A DNA stretch of 64,000 bases, from contig DATIZR010000093.1 of assembly GCA_035516965.1 (NCBI GenBank), positions 43,255 through 107,254 on the forward strand, in the 5' to 3' direction. This document shows positions 46,664-56,843 of the stretch, one piece after another. The position numbers were made by a program, and so were the translations under genes. Position 1 is the stretch's first letter. Each line of letters opens with the position of its first letter. The notes beneath the pieces are model-generated. The model searched no databases, had not been told where the DNA came from, and worked only from the letters and a program-made list of their open reading frames with translations. This stretch comes from Nitrospirota bacterium (GTDB lineage: Bacteria; Nitrospirota; UBA9217).

Positions 46664-49600
46664 TCAGCCTGCCTGCTCCCCCGGACTCCGATCCAACGCA
46701 CCCCGGACCTTCTTCAGAAGTTCGGACGGAGCAATGGGTTTCAGGATCATCTCGGCACCGTCTCCGAGGAGCCCCTTTTGCTTGATGACATCGGCCGGGT
46801 AGCCGCTCATGAACAGAATCCTGGTACCTGGCACCGTCTTCCTGACCGCGTTCATCACCTCGCCGCCGTTCATGCGCGGCATGATCGCGTCGCACAGAAC
46901 GAGCCGGATGCTGTCCCTGTTCTCCAGGAACCGCTCCAGGGCGTCTTTGCCGTCGACGGCCGTGATCACCGTGTAGCCGAATTCCGAGAGCGTCGCTTTC
47001 ACGAGCGCCCTCATGGCCTCATCGTCTTCCGCAACAAGAATGGTTTCAGTCCCCCGCAGATGATCGCCCGCCAGGGGTCGGGCTGCCTTCTCCACGCGGG
47101 CCTCGTCCGCTCTATCCAGGAGCGGCAGGTAGATCTTGAACGTCGTGCCCATTCTCGGCTCGCTGTAGCAATGGATGAACCCGCCATGCTGCTTAATGAT
47201 GCCATAGACCATCGAAAGGCCGAGCCCGGTGCCCCGCCCGAGGTCCTTCGTGGTGAAGAAGGGCTCGAAGATCTTTTCCCTGGTCTTCTCGTCCATGCCG
47301 GCGCCGGTGTCGGCGACAGAGAGTACGACGTATTTCGAATCCTTGCCGTTCCTTGCCTCTTCGCCGAGGGCATCGGATTCAACAACGGCCGTTTCCAGGG
47401 ACAAGAGACCCCCCTGTTGCATGGCATCGCGGGCATTCGTTGCCAGGTTCATCAGGACCTGCTCGATCTGGCCGGAGTCGGCATTCACGATGACCGGGCC
47501 GGGTGCCAGCGCGGTCCGGAGGTCGATGTCTTCGCCGATGATCCTCTGGAGCAGTTTTTCGACGCGCCTGATGTTCTCATTGATATCGATCGGTGCCAGG
47601 CTGGTTATCTGTTTTCTGCTGAAGGTCAGCAGGCTCCGGGTGAGGCTTGCGGCCCGGTCGGTTCCGGAGAGTATCTGGTCGACAAAAGGCCTGCCAGGGT
47701 CGTTCTCATGCATTCTCATGAGGAGCAATGAAGCATAGCCCACGATCGCGGACAGGATGTTGTTGAAGTCATGGGCGATGCCGCCCGTGAGCTGGCCGAC
47801 GGCCTCCATTTTCTGCGCCTGGCGGAGCTGGCTTTCGAGCTTCTTTTTCTCGGAGATGTCGAGGAGCGCCCCGATGATCGCCGGTTTGCCAAAATAAAAT
47901 GCTCGGGAGCCATACGTTTCGATATGGACGATTTCGCCCGTTGCCTTTTGCCCCCTGAATTCATAATTGGTGAACTGCTTCTCGCCGGAGATCCTTTTTT
48001 CAATGTTCTCCGTGACGATATGCCAGTCTTCGGGTACAACGAGATCCCGGGGTCTCTTATGCTCGATGATATCGTCAACACTGAAACCGAACATCTCCCC
48101 AAGCCGCGGGTTCACATACTTGAATGCATCGTCCTGTATGATGTACGTGCCTACCAGCGACTGCTCGGCCAGACTTCTGAATTTATTCTCCGATTCCTTG
48201 AGCTGTTCCTCGAAGAGCTTGTGCTCCGTAACGTCCGTCATGATATGAACGCCGCCGACAAGCCTGCCGGACTGGTCGATGATCGGATCGGCTGTGACGC
48301 TGAACCAGCGTCTGAGCATCTGCTGGACCGAGGTCTCCCTGCGGCGGGATCGCAGCATCTTCCGGAAAGGGCAGTCGTCGATACGTTCATCTGCGCCATG
48401 GATCACTTCCCAGCAGGGATGGCTGACGATCTCCTGCGGGTACCTGTCCAAGAGCTCGATCATTTCCTTGTTGCACCGCTGGATCGTTCCGTTCTGGTCT
48501 ATGATGCTGACCGCGTCATGGATGGCGTCAAAGGTGTTGTTCCACATCTGAACGGACGACCGGAGTTCCGCCTCCATCCGCTTTCGGGCTGTAATGTCCG
48601 CAAACATCCCCAGAAGGCACTCTTCGCCCGCAAGCTCGATCCGCTCTGCCGATATGAGCAGGTCTCCGGTTTCACCTGTCTTTCGGCGGAATTTCGCTTC
48701 AAGATTCTGGACGCGCCCCAGCTCGCGCAGCGTTTTCGCCATAGCTGCCCGGTCTTCGACATTGACCCATTGCTGAAGCTCGACCGATGTATGGCCGATG
48801 ACCTCCTGACGGTCAAACCCATAGACGCTCAGGAAAGCGTCATTCGCATCGTAGATCGTGCCGTCGGAAAGCCGGGAGATCACGATGCCGATCGGGCTGC
48901 TGTGAAAAACCGTCGAGAAACGCGACTCGCTCTCCCGCAGCGCATCCTCGGTGCGGAATTTCGCCAAAGCCACGGCAAGCTGGTCCGCCAGCCTCTCCCA
49001 GGCACTGATCGTCTCCCGGGAGAAAGCCCCTGTCCGTCGGTCGTTCAACTGCAGAAGCCCCAATCGCTGATCACCGAGGCGCAGGGGAAGCAGTGCCACC
49101 GACTCGTATCCCTCGCCGTTGCACCGGTTGCGCGTGCGCGCCTGCCGGTCCGCTTCGGTGGTGCTGCGCAGGAGCTCCGTTGTGTTGTTGCTCCAGAAGC
49201 TCCCGTGCTCCGTGAAGAACGGTTTTGAGGGGTTGAATCGCCCGCAGATCACCTTGCCGCACATGCATTCGAGAATGGGATTGCCTTCTTTGTCCCGGAT
49301 CATGCAGTCTGCACTGTCCCGTGCGCAGAGTCTGCTCTCCGCAAGGACGAATTCCTCGGGGAATCCCCGGGCCTCGAAGTAAGGATAGTCCTCACCTTCA
49401 CGCAGCCGGATGCCGACCGCCTCGCACCCGGATTGCTGCTGGAAAAAGGTCGTGGCCGCCCTGATCAGGTCCTGCGTCCCTGTGCTTTCATTCACCAGGC
49501 GAAGGAAATCAATCGTTCTCTCGCGCTCCTGCTCCGCCCGTTTGCGCCCGGTGATCACGTCGAAGACGGCCACGAAATGTTCCGGCTGGGGGCAATACAC

Positions 49601-51331
49601 GGAGATGGAGAACCACATCTGAAGTGCCGCGACGAACATTTCGAAGCGTTCGGGCGTTCCGGTCAGTGCGACCCTTCCATAGATCTCGAAGAGCTTCGGG
49701 TCGGCTTCGCGTATGCCCGGGATCACCTCCGTGACCTTTTTCCCGACGACGCTTGTCAACCCCGTTAAGCTTTCGAACGTCTTATTGACATCGAGATAAA
49801 TGAAGTCGGTCGGCTCTCCGTTCGCGAAGACCATTCTGCAGTGAGCGAATCCCTCGACCATGTTCTCGAACAATGACCTAAACCGTTTTTCGCTCTTGCT
49901 GAGGGCGTTCTCCGCCCGCTTGAATTCGGTGATGTCTTCAACCGCCTCAATAGCGGCCGAAACGGACCCGTCGGGCGCAAGAACCGGCGCGGAAATTACT
50001 TTGTAGTAGCGAATTCCTTCAGGAGTCGGCGTTTCGGTAATCGAGGCATGAATCTTCCCGTCCTGGAGAGAACGCACGGTGGGACAGTAAGAACAGACGA
50101 CTTTCCCGGGGGGAACATTGAAGCTTTTGTAGCAAATGGGCCGTTGGCCGTCATCCACATGGGGAAACCACTTTTTCATGACGGGATTCATGGAAACGAT
50201 CTCCATCTGTGGATTTATGAGGGCAATGCCGATGCCGATATTGACAAAGATCGAGGAGAACATTTCCTCGCTGGCACGCAATTTCTCTTCCGCGCTCCTG
50301 CGCTCGGTGATGTTGTCGAAAACGGCAACAAAATGTTCTTTCTCGGGACTGTAGACGGATGTCGTGAACCATTTTCCCAGCGCGTCAACGTATATCTCGA
50401 ACCGCTCAGGCCTGCCGGTCAATGCCACCCTTCCATAGACCTCGAACAAGTCGGGATGGGCCTCTCTAATTCCGGGGATGACCTCGCTGACCTTTTTTCC
50501 AACCACGTTCCTCAAACCCGTCAACCGCTCGAATGAGGGGTTGACATCGAGATAGACGAAATCCTGTGGCCGGCCCTCGTCATACAGCATGCGGCAGTAG
50601 GAGAAACCATCGAGCATGTTCTCGAACAGCGAGTGGTAGCTTCTTTCGCTCCCCTGCAGTTCGGCGGTCCGCTCGTCTACCAGTTCCTCCAGGTGATGAT
50701 GATGTCGCCTTAATTCGGCTTCCGCCTTCCTGCTCTCGGTGACATCGCGGATGATCGCCTGGGATATTTTCTTGCCGCCGTAATCAATGATCGTTATCGT
50801 GCCTGTTATCTCAACGGGAACTTTCGCGGCGTCCTTTCTCAATATATGGACATCGCTTATCACCACGCCGCCCCTCGCAACGGCTTCTGCGAACGAGCGG
50901 AGCGCTTTTTCGGCTTCATCTGCAGGATGGAGCCTCGAGATTTCCATGGCGATCAGCTCGTTCTTCGTGTAACCGGACAGTTCTTCCGCCCTGCGGTTGA
51001 CCTCGACAATTCTCCCGTCAAGGTCGGTCAGCAGTATTGCCTCTCCGGCATCTTTCATCAAGGCGCGGTATTTCTGCTCCGAATCCTGGAGCAGCCTGTC
51101 CGTGAGCCTGACCATGGATAAGAGGAGCGGAGCCACGAGCGAAGGGACAACGAATGCATCGATGGTGCCTATTTTGAGGAGGTCGTAGGAAACGCTTCCC
51201 CACCACAGCAACCCAAGAAAGGCGTTCATAAGCGCCGTAAAGATTTCCGAGGCAATGACGGCGATCAGGAGCAGCAGCCACATGTTTGTGGTCTTGATCT
51301 TCTGGAATATAAAGTGGGTAATGCTTCTCAT
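46664..51331 (-). CDS. very large (1555 aa) membrane-anchored multi-PAS/GAF hybrid histidine kinase with C-terminal REC
   Basis: Two N-terminal TM helices, at least 6 PAS/PAC units, a GAF domain, HisKA ([15 protein letters not shown]), HATPase (NARDAM, DTGAGM, GTGLGLS), REC ([11 protein letters not shown]...VLCDAIMP). Confidence 0.85.
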   Translation of the reverse strand: MRSITHFIFQKIKTTNMWLLLLIAVIASEIFTALMNAFLGLLWWGSVSYDLLKIGTIDAFVVPSLVAPLLLSMVRLTDRLLQDSEQKYRALMKDAGEAILLTDLDGRIVEVNRRAEELSGYTKNELIAMEISRLHPADEAEKALRSFAEAVARGGVVISDVHILRKDAAKVPVEITGTITIIDYGGKKISQAIIRDVTESRKAEAELRRHHHHLEELVDERTAELQGSERSYHSLFENMLDGFSYCRMLYDEGRPQDFVYLDVNPSFERLTGLRNVVGKKVSEVIPGIREAHPDLFEVYGRVALTGRPERFEIYVDALGKWFTTSVYSPEKEHFVAVFDNITERRSAEEKLRASEEMFSSIFVNIGIGIALINPQMEIVSMNPVMKKWFPHVDDGQRPICYKSFNVPPGKVVCSYCPTVRSLQDGKIHASITETPTPEGIRYYKVISAPVLAPDGSVSAAIEAVEDITEFKRAENALSKSEKRFRSLFENMVEGFAHCRMVFANGEPTDFIYLDVNKTFESLTGLTSVVGKKVTEVIPGIREADPKLFEIYGRVALTGTPERFEMFVAALQMWFSISVYCPQPEHFVAVFDVITGRKRAEQERERTIDFLRLVNESTGTQDLIRAATTFFQQQSGCEAVGIRLREGEDYPYFEARGFPEEFVLAESRLCARDSADCMIRDKEGNPILECMCGKVICGRFNPSKPFFTEHGSFWSNNTTELLRSTTEADRQARTRNRCNGEGYESVALLPLRLGDQRLGLLQLNDRRTGAFSRETISAWERLADQLAVALAKFRTEDALRESESRFSTVFHSSPIGIVISRLSDGTIYDANDAFLSVYGFDRQEVIGHTSVELQQWVNVEDRAAMAKTLRELGRVQNLEAKFRRKTGETGDLLISAERIELAGEECLLGMFADITARKRMEAELRSSVQMWNNTFDAIHDAVSIIDQNGTIQRCNKEMIELLDRYPQEIVSHPCWEVIHGADERIDDCPFRKMLRSRRRETSVQQMLRRWFSVTADPIIDQSGRLVGGVHIMTDVTEHKLFEEQLKESENKFRSLAEQSLVGTYIIQDDAFKYVNPRLGEMFGFSVDDIIEHKRPRDLVVPEDWHIVTENIEKRISGEKQFTNYEFRGQKATGEIVHIETYGSRAFYFGKPAIIGALLDISEKKKLESQLRQAQKMEAVGQLTGGIAHDFNNILSAIVGYASLLLMRMHENDPGRPFVDQILSGTDRAASLTRSLLTFSRKQITSLAPIDINENIRRVEKLLQRIIGEDIDLRTALAPGPVIVNADSGQIEQVLMNLATNARDAMQQGGLLSLETAVVESDALGEEARNGKDSKYVVLSVADTGAGMDEKTREKIFEPFFTTKDLGRGTGLGLSMVYGIIKQHGGFIHCYSEPRMGTTFKIYLPLLDRADEARVEKAARPLAGDHLRGTETILVAEDDEAMRALVKATLSEFGYTVITAVDGKDALERFLENRDSIRLVLCDAIMPRMNGGEVMNAVRKTVPGTRILFMSGYPADVIKQKGLLGDGAEMILKPIAPSELLKKVRGALDRSPGEQAG
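49480..50650. repeat. internal tandem duplication of a PAS-domain coding unit inside the giant kinase gene (two units about 400 bp each, about 750 bp apart, about 70-85% identical)
   Basis: Protein segments ...[77 protein letters not shown]... and ...[77 protein letters not shown].... DNA near 50401-50460 versus 49651-49702 is near-identical. Confidence 0.7.
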
Positions 51332-51597
51332 GAATTGAGATTTACACCCGTTGTGGGGATTCGTGACCGGCAGGGAGCGCTGCAGATCCTGCCCCCACGC
51401 CTGCGGCAGTCACGATATCTTATCGGAATCGAAGAGGTAATTCTTTACCTGGTCATCAAAATATACTCCTGCGGGGCCACGTTGTCTGTCGGGGAGGTTT
51501 GACCCGGTATGAAGAATCCCGATTCATTTTGATGTAATGCTCTATGAGGTCGGAAACGCCGGCTTCAGGGAAGGATCGCCGGAAGGGCCGCCTGCTC

Positions 51598-52656
51598 TCA
51601 CAGGTTCCTGAGCAGGCCGACGATCTCGGCTTCGCGCTTCATCACGTATTTTGCGAGGTTTTCTTCGTCCCAGGGATGGGTCCTGATCTCGGCGCCGTAC
51701 CGGATGCCGTCGCCGCAGTCCTTTTTGAAGCGGATGGTCCCGTTCGTCACGACGACGGCCTGGGGATCGGGAAGCATGATCGTCATGCTGTACTCGCGGT
51801 CGACGGGCAGATCGCGGCTGCAGAGAAATCCGATCCCCCTCGTGCTGATGTCCATGACCCTGAACTGCGTGGTGGGCTCGTTTGGGATGTTCACGTAGAG
51901 GACGACGGGCCTGTTCGGGTTTGGCTGGATGCGCATCTCCCGCGTGATAAAGAGACTCGCCGGCACCGATATCGTCAGCTCCCCGGCGGCCACCTGGCGG
52001 ACTGAAACGCTCGAGCCGTGGTTCCTGTGTTTGTACGTGAAGTACACGCGGACCGGCATGTCCTTCTTCATACTGCGGAGCAGCAATGACTGCTTGAACT
52101 TGTGCAGGACGACTGCCTCGTTCAACACTTCCCTGATGGTACAGATGCCCCGTGCGGTGACCGCCTCGCCTTCCTGCCGGGTCTCGAACGCGAGAATGAC
52201 GGGCAGCGCCTTTTTCTGCACATGATCGAGCCGCTCCTGGATCGCCAGCACGTCGGTGATCGGTGCTTCATCCGACCGGTCCCCGGGGTCCCCGCAGGTG
52301 TTGTCATCCGCCCTGCCGTTCCGCTCGGCCGCGAGCTTGAGCACCACATGCACGATGTTCCTGACCTCGGCGCTTCCGATCCGCTTCAGGTCCAGGACCA
52401 GGGCGTTGTACCGATGCAGGTCTCCTGTAACGATGGTAGGTTCCTCGGCGATCAGCAGGATCGGGCCGCGAATACCGTGCTCCCGCGCGGTGGAGAGAAA
52501 GGTGAGGTAGTCGTCATCAAGTCCGATGACCGCGACGTCGCCGGGCGCCGACTGGGAGAGGAACAGGTCCCCGAGCTGGTCGCGGCGTTCGATCCGGAGG
52601 GGGAGCTCCGTGACGCGGAGCAGGTCGTTCATGGGGGATGTCGTCCAAACGTGCAT
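51598..52656 (-). CDS. REC-like + PilZ domain protein
   Basis: C-terminal PilZ signature (RxxxR...VMDISTRGIGFL). N-terminal receiver-like fold (VAVIGLDDDY...ILLIAEEP). Located immediately upstream of the fliJ-side of the flagellar operon. Confidence 0.6.
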   Translation of the reverse strand: MHVWTTSPMNDLLRVTELPLRIERRDQLGDLFLSQSAPGDVAVIGLDDDYLTFLSTAREHGIRGPILLIAEEPTIVTGDLHRYNALVLDLKRIGSAEVRNIVHVVLKLAAERNGRADDNTCGDPGDRSDEAPITDVLAIQERLDHVQKKALPVILAFETRQEGEAVTARGICTIREVLNEAVVLHKFKQSLLLRSMKKDMPVRVYFTYKHRNHGSSVSVRQVAAGELTISVPASLFITREMRIQPNPNRPVVLYVNIPNEPTTQFRVMDISTRGIGFLCSRDLPVDREYSMTIMLPDPQAVVVTNGTIRFKKDCGDGIRYGAEIRTHPWDEENLAKYVMKREAEIVGLLRNL

Positions 52657-52724
52657 GGTTCGTTCCGCGGGGATTTACGGGAGCTCGCATCCGTCGCCGG
52701 CGTCGGGTATATCACCTTGAGCAT

Positions 52725-53306
52725 TCATTCCTGTGCCCGTGCTTTGCCGTCTGCATTTTGACCTTTGGTATTTTTGACGCTGAGTGCGGTCATGCTCTTC
52801 GTGAGCGTTGCCGCCTTGCGGGGCTCCATGAGGGCGATGATGGCGCCGGCCTTCTTGCTCTTCATCCTCGTCATGATCAGGAGCGCCGTGTCTTCATCGA
52901 GCGCGGCGAGCCGTGGAGCGGCGTCCTCGGCAGGCATCACCTCGTAGGCCTTGACCACGTTCTCGATCTTCTCGCCCTTGATCTGCTCCACGCGCTTGAG
53001 GGCGGCTTCGACCTGGGCGAGCAGCCTCGTATAGGCCTCTATCTTCCCGTCCACTTCCTTTTTCAGGACGAGGAGCTGCTGCTCTTCCCGCTTCAGGGAC
53101 TCTTCCTTCTCCTTCAGCTCGACTCGCTTCTCCTCGATGATCCGGAGCATGTCGTCGGCGGCAAATGCGGAGGGTACCGGAAAATAGACTGCCACTGTCA
53201 GACAAAGACAAAACAGCAAGGCACCTCTGCGGTTCGTCTTCAGTCCATCTTCGATCTTCCGCCTTCCGTCCGCTGACGACGGTCTTCTATCCCCGATTCT
53301 CTTCAT
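52725..53306 (-). CDS. MotE/YlxF-like protein (MgtE-N-like domain, flagellar operon member)
   Basis: N-terminal signal/TM, coiled-coil, then VKAYEVMPAEDAAPRLAALDEDTALLIMTRMKSKKAGAIIALMEP (MgtE_N / MotE-like). Position between fliJ and downstream genes mirrors Bacillus fliJ-ylxF. Confidence 0.55.
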   Translation of the reverse strand: MKRIGDRRPSSADGRRKIEDGLKTNRRGALLFCLCLTVAVYFPVPSAFAADDMLRIIEEKRVELKEKEESLKREEQQLLVLKKEVDGKIEAYTRLLAQVEAALKRVEQIKGEKIENVVKAYEVMPAEDAAPRLAALDEDTALLIMTRMKSKKAGAIIALMEPRKAATLTKSMTALSVKNTKGQNADGKARAQE

Positions 53307-53743
53307 TGCGCCCCCCTCCGGGAGATGAACGCATAATCCTGCTCTTTCTGTTCCGCCTGGCCTGCCTGCCGGGCCTCGTGCCCCGCGATCCGGTCTTGCA
53401 GCTTGCCGACGAGGCGCTGCTCCTTATAGGCCTCGACCAGAGCCTGCTGCCGTACATCCACGTCTTCGCGGCGGATCTCCACGATCCTCTTCTGCTGCTC
53501 GATCTGCTTGCCCAGGTGCTTGATATAGACGTAGTAGAGCTCCATCTCCCGGACGGGAAGCATTCCCCGCGTCTGCCGGTCGGTAAACTCCCCGCAGGTC
53601 GTCCTATGCTGCTGCTCGAAGCCGTCCAGGGCCGCCTGCTCGTGGTCGAGCCGCTCCCGGGCCTTCTTCACCTCTGCTTCGAGCTGCTCCGTTGTGAACT
53701 CCTTGACTTCCAGCACCCGTGAGAGGATTTTGTGCCTGGTCAT
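53303..53743 (-). CDS. fliJ: flagellar export protein FliJ
   Basis: 146-aa coiled-coil protein immediately downstream of fliI. LEAEVKKARERLDHEQAALDGFEQQ pattern typical of FliJ. Confidence 0.7.
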   Translation of the reverse strand: MTRHKILSRVLEVKEFTTEQLEAEVKKARERLDHEQAALDGFEQQHRTTCGEFTDRQTRGMLPVREMELYYVYIKHLGKQIEQQKRIVEIRREDVDVRQQALVEAYKEQRLVGKLQDRIAGHEARQAGQAEQKEQDYAFISRRGAQ

Positions 53744-55059
53744 ACCCTGCCCTCTGCGTTCTCAAAGAGAAAATACAGCCCCTGGAGGCTGTCGCCGAAA
53801 TCCCGCCGCTCCTTCATGCCTTGTCTGAGATACGTCCTCAGCCGGTCGACCATCGAGATGGCGTGGTCCACCTTCGGATTCGATCCCGCCTTGTATGCGC
53901 CGAGGTTGATCATGTCCTCCACCCGTTTATAGTTCGCAAGGGTCTCCACGAACCGCGAGGCGAGCTCCTTGTGCTTCGCATCAACGATATCGGGCATCAC
54001 CCTGCTGATGCTCTGCAGCACGTCGATCGCCGGGTAGTGGCTCTCCATGGCGAGCTCGCGCGACAGCACGATATGCCCGTCCAGGATCGCCCGGGCCGAG
54101 TCCGCCACCGGCTCCTGCATGTCGTCGCCCTCCACGAGGACGGTGTACAGCCCGGTGATGCTTCCCGGCCCCTCCGAGGTCCCGACCCGCTCGAGCAGCC
54201 GCGGCAGCAAGGCGAAGACCGAAGGGGTGTAGCCCTTGGAGGTCGGGGGCTCGCCCGTGGCAAGCCCGATCTCGCGCTGGGCCATGGCCACGCGGGTGAG
54301 GGAGTCCATGAGCAGCAGGACGTCCGCGCCCCGGTCCCGGAAGTACTCGGCGATGGCCGTGGCAGCCAGGGCGCCGCGCACCTTGGCCAGCGGCGGCTGC
54401 TCCGATGTCGAAACGACGATGACGGACTTCTTCATGCCCTCTTCGCCGAGGTCCTTTTCGATGAACTCGCGTACTTCCCGGCCGCGCTCCCCGATCATCG
54501 CGATGACGTTCACCGCGGCGGCCGTGTACCGGGCCATCATGCCGAGGAGCACGCTCTTGCCCACGCCCGAACCGGCCATGATCCCGATGCGCTGCCCCTT
54601 GCCGCACGTGAGCAGCCCGTTGATGGCCCGGATGCCGAGATCGATGGGATCGGTGATGCGACGCCGTTTGAGCGGGTGCGGGGTCGTTGAGGAAAGGGGG
54701 TAGTCGATCCCCGTGATCGGGCCCTTGCCGTCGATCGGCTCGCCCCGGTCGTTGATGACGCGGCCGATGAGCGACGGCGAGACCCGGATCGAGACCTTTC
54801 TGCCCGCCGGCAGCACCCTGCTGCCCGGCCGGATGTCGGAAAGGTCCCCCACGGCCATGAGCAGCACCTTGCCGTCGCGGAACCCCACAACCTCGGCGTC
54901 GATGGAGACATGATCGGAGATGATGCGGCACGATTCCCCGATGCTCGCCTTGACGCCCGTGGCCTTGATGATGATGCCGGTGATCTCGATCACGCGGCCG
55001 TAGACCTTCATCGGCTCGGTCTCGGCGACTGCGCCAATATAGGAAGAAAGGTCGATCAT
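53740..55059 (-). CDS. fliI: flagellum-specific ATP synthase FliI
   Basis: Walker A GIMAGSGVGKSVLLGMM, Walker B VLLLMDSLTRVA, T3SS ATPase family C-terminus. Confidence 0.95.
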   Translation of the reverse strand: MIDLSSYIGAVAETEPMKVYGRVIEITGIIIKATGVKASIGESCRIISDHVSIDAEVVGFRDGKVLLMAVGDLSDIRPGSRVLPAGRKVSIRVSPSLIGRVINDRGEPIDGKGPITGIDYPLSSTTPHPLKRRRITDPIDLGIRAINGLLTCGKGQRIGIMAGSGVGKSVLLGMMARYTAAAVNVIAMIGERGREVREFIEKDLGEEGMKKSVIVVSTSEQPPLAKVRGALAATAIAEYFRDRGADVLLLMDSLTRVAMAQREIGLATGEPPTSKGYTPSVFALLPRLLERVGTSEGPGSITGLYTVLVEGDDMQEPVADSARAILDGHIVLSRELAMESHYPAIDVLQSISRVMPDIVDAKHKELASRFVETLANYKRVEDMINLGAYKAGSNPKVDHAISMVDRLRTYLRQGMKERRDFGDSLQGLYFLFENAEGRV

Positions 55060-55667
55060 GCCGTATCACCAGCCCCGCGGCGGTCTGCCATGTCCTTGAT
55101 CAGGTTTTTGAGCTGCTCGTCGATGTCGGTCACCACATCCTCGACCGGGCCCATCACGACCGTGCCGAATCGGGTCATGGCCGGGTCGGCGTCGAACACG
55201 ATGTCGGGGTGGATACGCGCCAGGTCCGGCTTGTGCTTCGAAAAGAAGTCGAACAGGGCAGGGTTCACTTTGATCGTGATCTGTCCTGTGCGCTCCAGCT
55301 TCAGGAGGCCCTCCTTCGCCATCGTGACGATCTGCTCGGGCTTCGCCGTGAGCTCGGCGACCACGATCTTCCGGGCGAGCGCCACGGCGAGCTCGACGCA
55401 CTGGGGCTCTGCCTCCTTCACGATCCTCTGCTTCAGCGACGCCAGTTCATCGATCAGCGACTCCAGCTTGCCGAGGAGCACCTGCGCCCGCTGCTCCCCC
55501 ATCTCGAACCCGGCCTTCTCTCCCATGGCGTACCCGCGCTCGTAGGCCTCCCGCTCTACGTGGTCGGCGCTGTGGCCGATCGAGGAGTCGCTCTTCAGCT
55601 TCGGCATGCTGAAAACCGTGACCATGTTCAATACTCCCGCCTCGCTTTTGCCCCTCACACGATCCAC
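55056..55667 (-). CDS. fliH: flagellar assembly protein FliH
   Basis: Position between fliG and fliI with 4-nt overlap with fliI. FliH-like C-terminal region (ELAVALARKIVVAEL...ITIKVNPALFDF). Confidence 0.75.
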   Translation of the reverse strand: MDRVRGKSEAGVLNMVTVFSMPKLKSDSSIGHSADHVEREAYERGYAMGEKAGFEMGEQRAQVLLGKLESLIDELASLKQRIVKEAEPQCVELAVALARKIVVAELTAKPEQIVTMAKEGLLKLERTGQITIKVNPALFDFFSKHKPDLARIHPDIVFDADPAMTRFGTVVMGPVEDVVTDIDEQLKNLIKDMADRRGAGDTA

Positions 55668-55694
55668 CCTTCCTCCGGCCCGGAGGCCGGCACC

Positions 55695-56678
55695 CTAGAC
55701 AACCACTTCCTCGCCGCCACGTCCCGCAAGCACGATCTTGCCTTCGGCCTCCAGCCGCCTGGCAATCTTCACGATGTTCTGCTGCGCCTTGTCCACATCG
55801 GACACCTTGACGGGCCCGCGCGTCTGCATGTCCTCCTTCAGGATCTGGGCGGCGCGCTGCGACATGTTGCGGAAGATCTTTTCCTTGAGCGCTTCCGACG
55901 CCGTCTTGAGCGCAAGCGTGAGCTCCTCGGAGCTGGCCTCCTTCAGGATCATCTGGATGCCGCGGTCGTCGACCTTCACGAGGTCGTCGAACACGAACAT
56001 GAGCTTCCGGATCGAATCGGCGAGCGTGTTGTTCTGCTCCTCGATCCTGCCGATCACAGACTGCTCCGTAGCCCGGTCGCACTGGTTCAGGATCTCGGCG
56101 ATCATACGGCTCCCACCCAGCTTTTTTCCCTTGCTCTTGCCGATCTCGAGCTGGCCCTTCAGCACTTCCTTCAGCTCTTCGATCGCGGTCTCCGGGATCC
56201 GCTCGGTCATCGCGATCCGCATGGCCACGTCCGCCTTCACCGTCTCGGGCAGGGCCGACAGCACCTCGGCGGCCTGGGCCGGTTCGAGCAGGCAGATGAT
56301 CAGCGCGATGGTCTGCGGGTGCTCCGTCACCAGGAAGGTCACCAGCGTCTTGGCGTCCACCCACCGCAGCGAATCGAGAGGGCCTTCTTTCGACGCCATT
56401 TCCATGATCTTCTGCGCGCCGTCCTCGCCCAGACCCTTGGACAGGATCTTCTTGATGTACTCCTCGCCGCCGACGCGCATGTCGCCGCGGGAGACCGTGT
56501 CGGAGACCTCCTGCAGCACGTTGTCGATCGCGACCTTGGTTACGGTCTTGAGCCTCGTCATCTGCATGGTAATCCTGCCGATCTCCTTTACATCGAGACC
56601 CTTCAGCACCTCGGCCGCCGCGTCTTCGCCGAGGGTGCTCAGGAAGATGGCTGCTTTTTCATATCCGCTTAACGGCAT
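55695..56678 (-). CDS. fliG: flagellar motor switch protein FliG
   Basis: GYEKAAIFLSTLGEDAAAEVLKGLDVKEIGRI N-domain, MFVFDDL, C-terminal torque helix region. 327 aa. Confidence 0.95.
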   Translation of the reverse strand: MPLSGYEKAAIFLSTLGEDAAAEVLKGLDVKEIGRITMQMTRLKTVTKVAIDNVLQEVSDTVSRGDMRVGGEEYIKKILSKGLGEDGAQKIMEMASKEGPLDSLRWVDAKTLVTFLVTEHPQTIALIICLLEPAQAAEVLSALPETVKADVAMRIAMTERIPETAIEELKEVLKGQLEIGKSKGKKLGGSRMIAEILNQCDRATEQSVIGRIEEQNNTLADSIRKLMFVFDDLVKVDDRGIQMILKEASSEELTLALKTASEALKEKIFRNMSQRAAQILKEDMQTRGPVKVSDVDKAQQNIVKIARRLEAEGKIVLAGRGGEEVVV

Positions 56679-56843
56679 GGAAGCTCCTGTCCCGGATAAA
56701 CCGGAAACAACACCTGTTAACCACGAAGCACGCGACGTTCACGAAAAAAGCAAAGAGAAAACAGCCAGAGGGTTAAAACTTCGTGGCTTTCGTGATCTTC
56801 GCGGTAAAATTTTGGCACTGCAACACGGGACCGTGCCGAATGA

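Noticed and set aside
47771-49228. 485-aa plus-strand ORF
   Set aside because: Antisense to the 1555-aa kinase. Likewise the plus-strand ORFs at 46778-47731, 49433-49768 and 50048-50536.
53981-55069. 362-aa minus-strand ORF in alternative frame of fliI
   Set aside because: Extremely Arg/Gly/His-rich. The fliI frame has Walker A/B motifs.
55209-56672. 487-aa plus-strand ORF
   Set aside because: Antisense to fliH/fliG.
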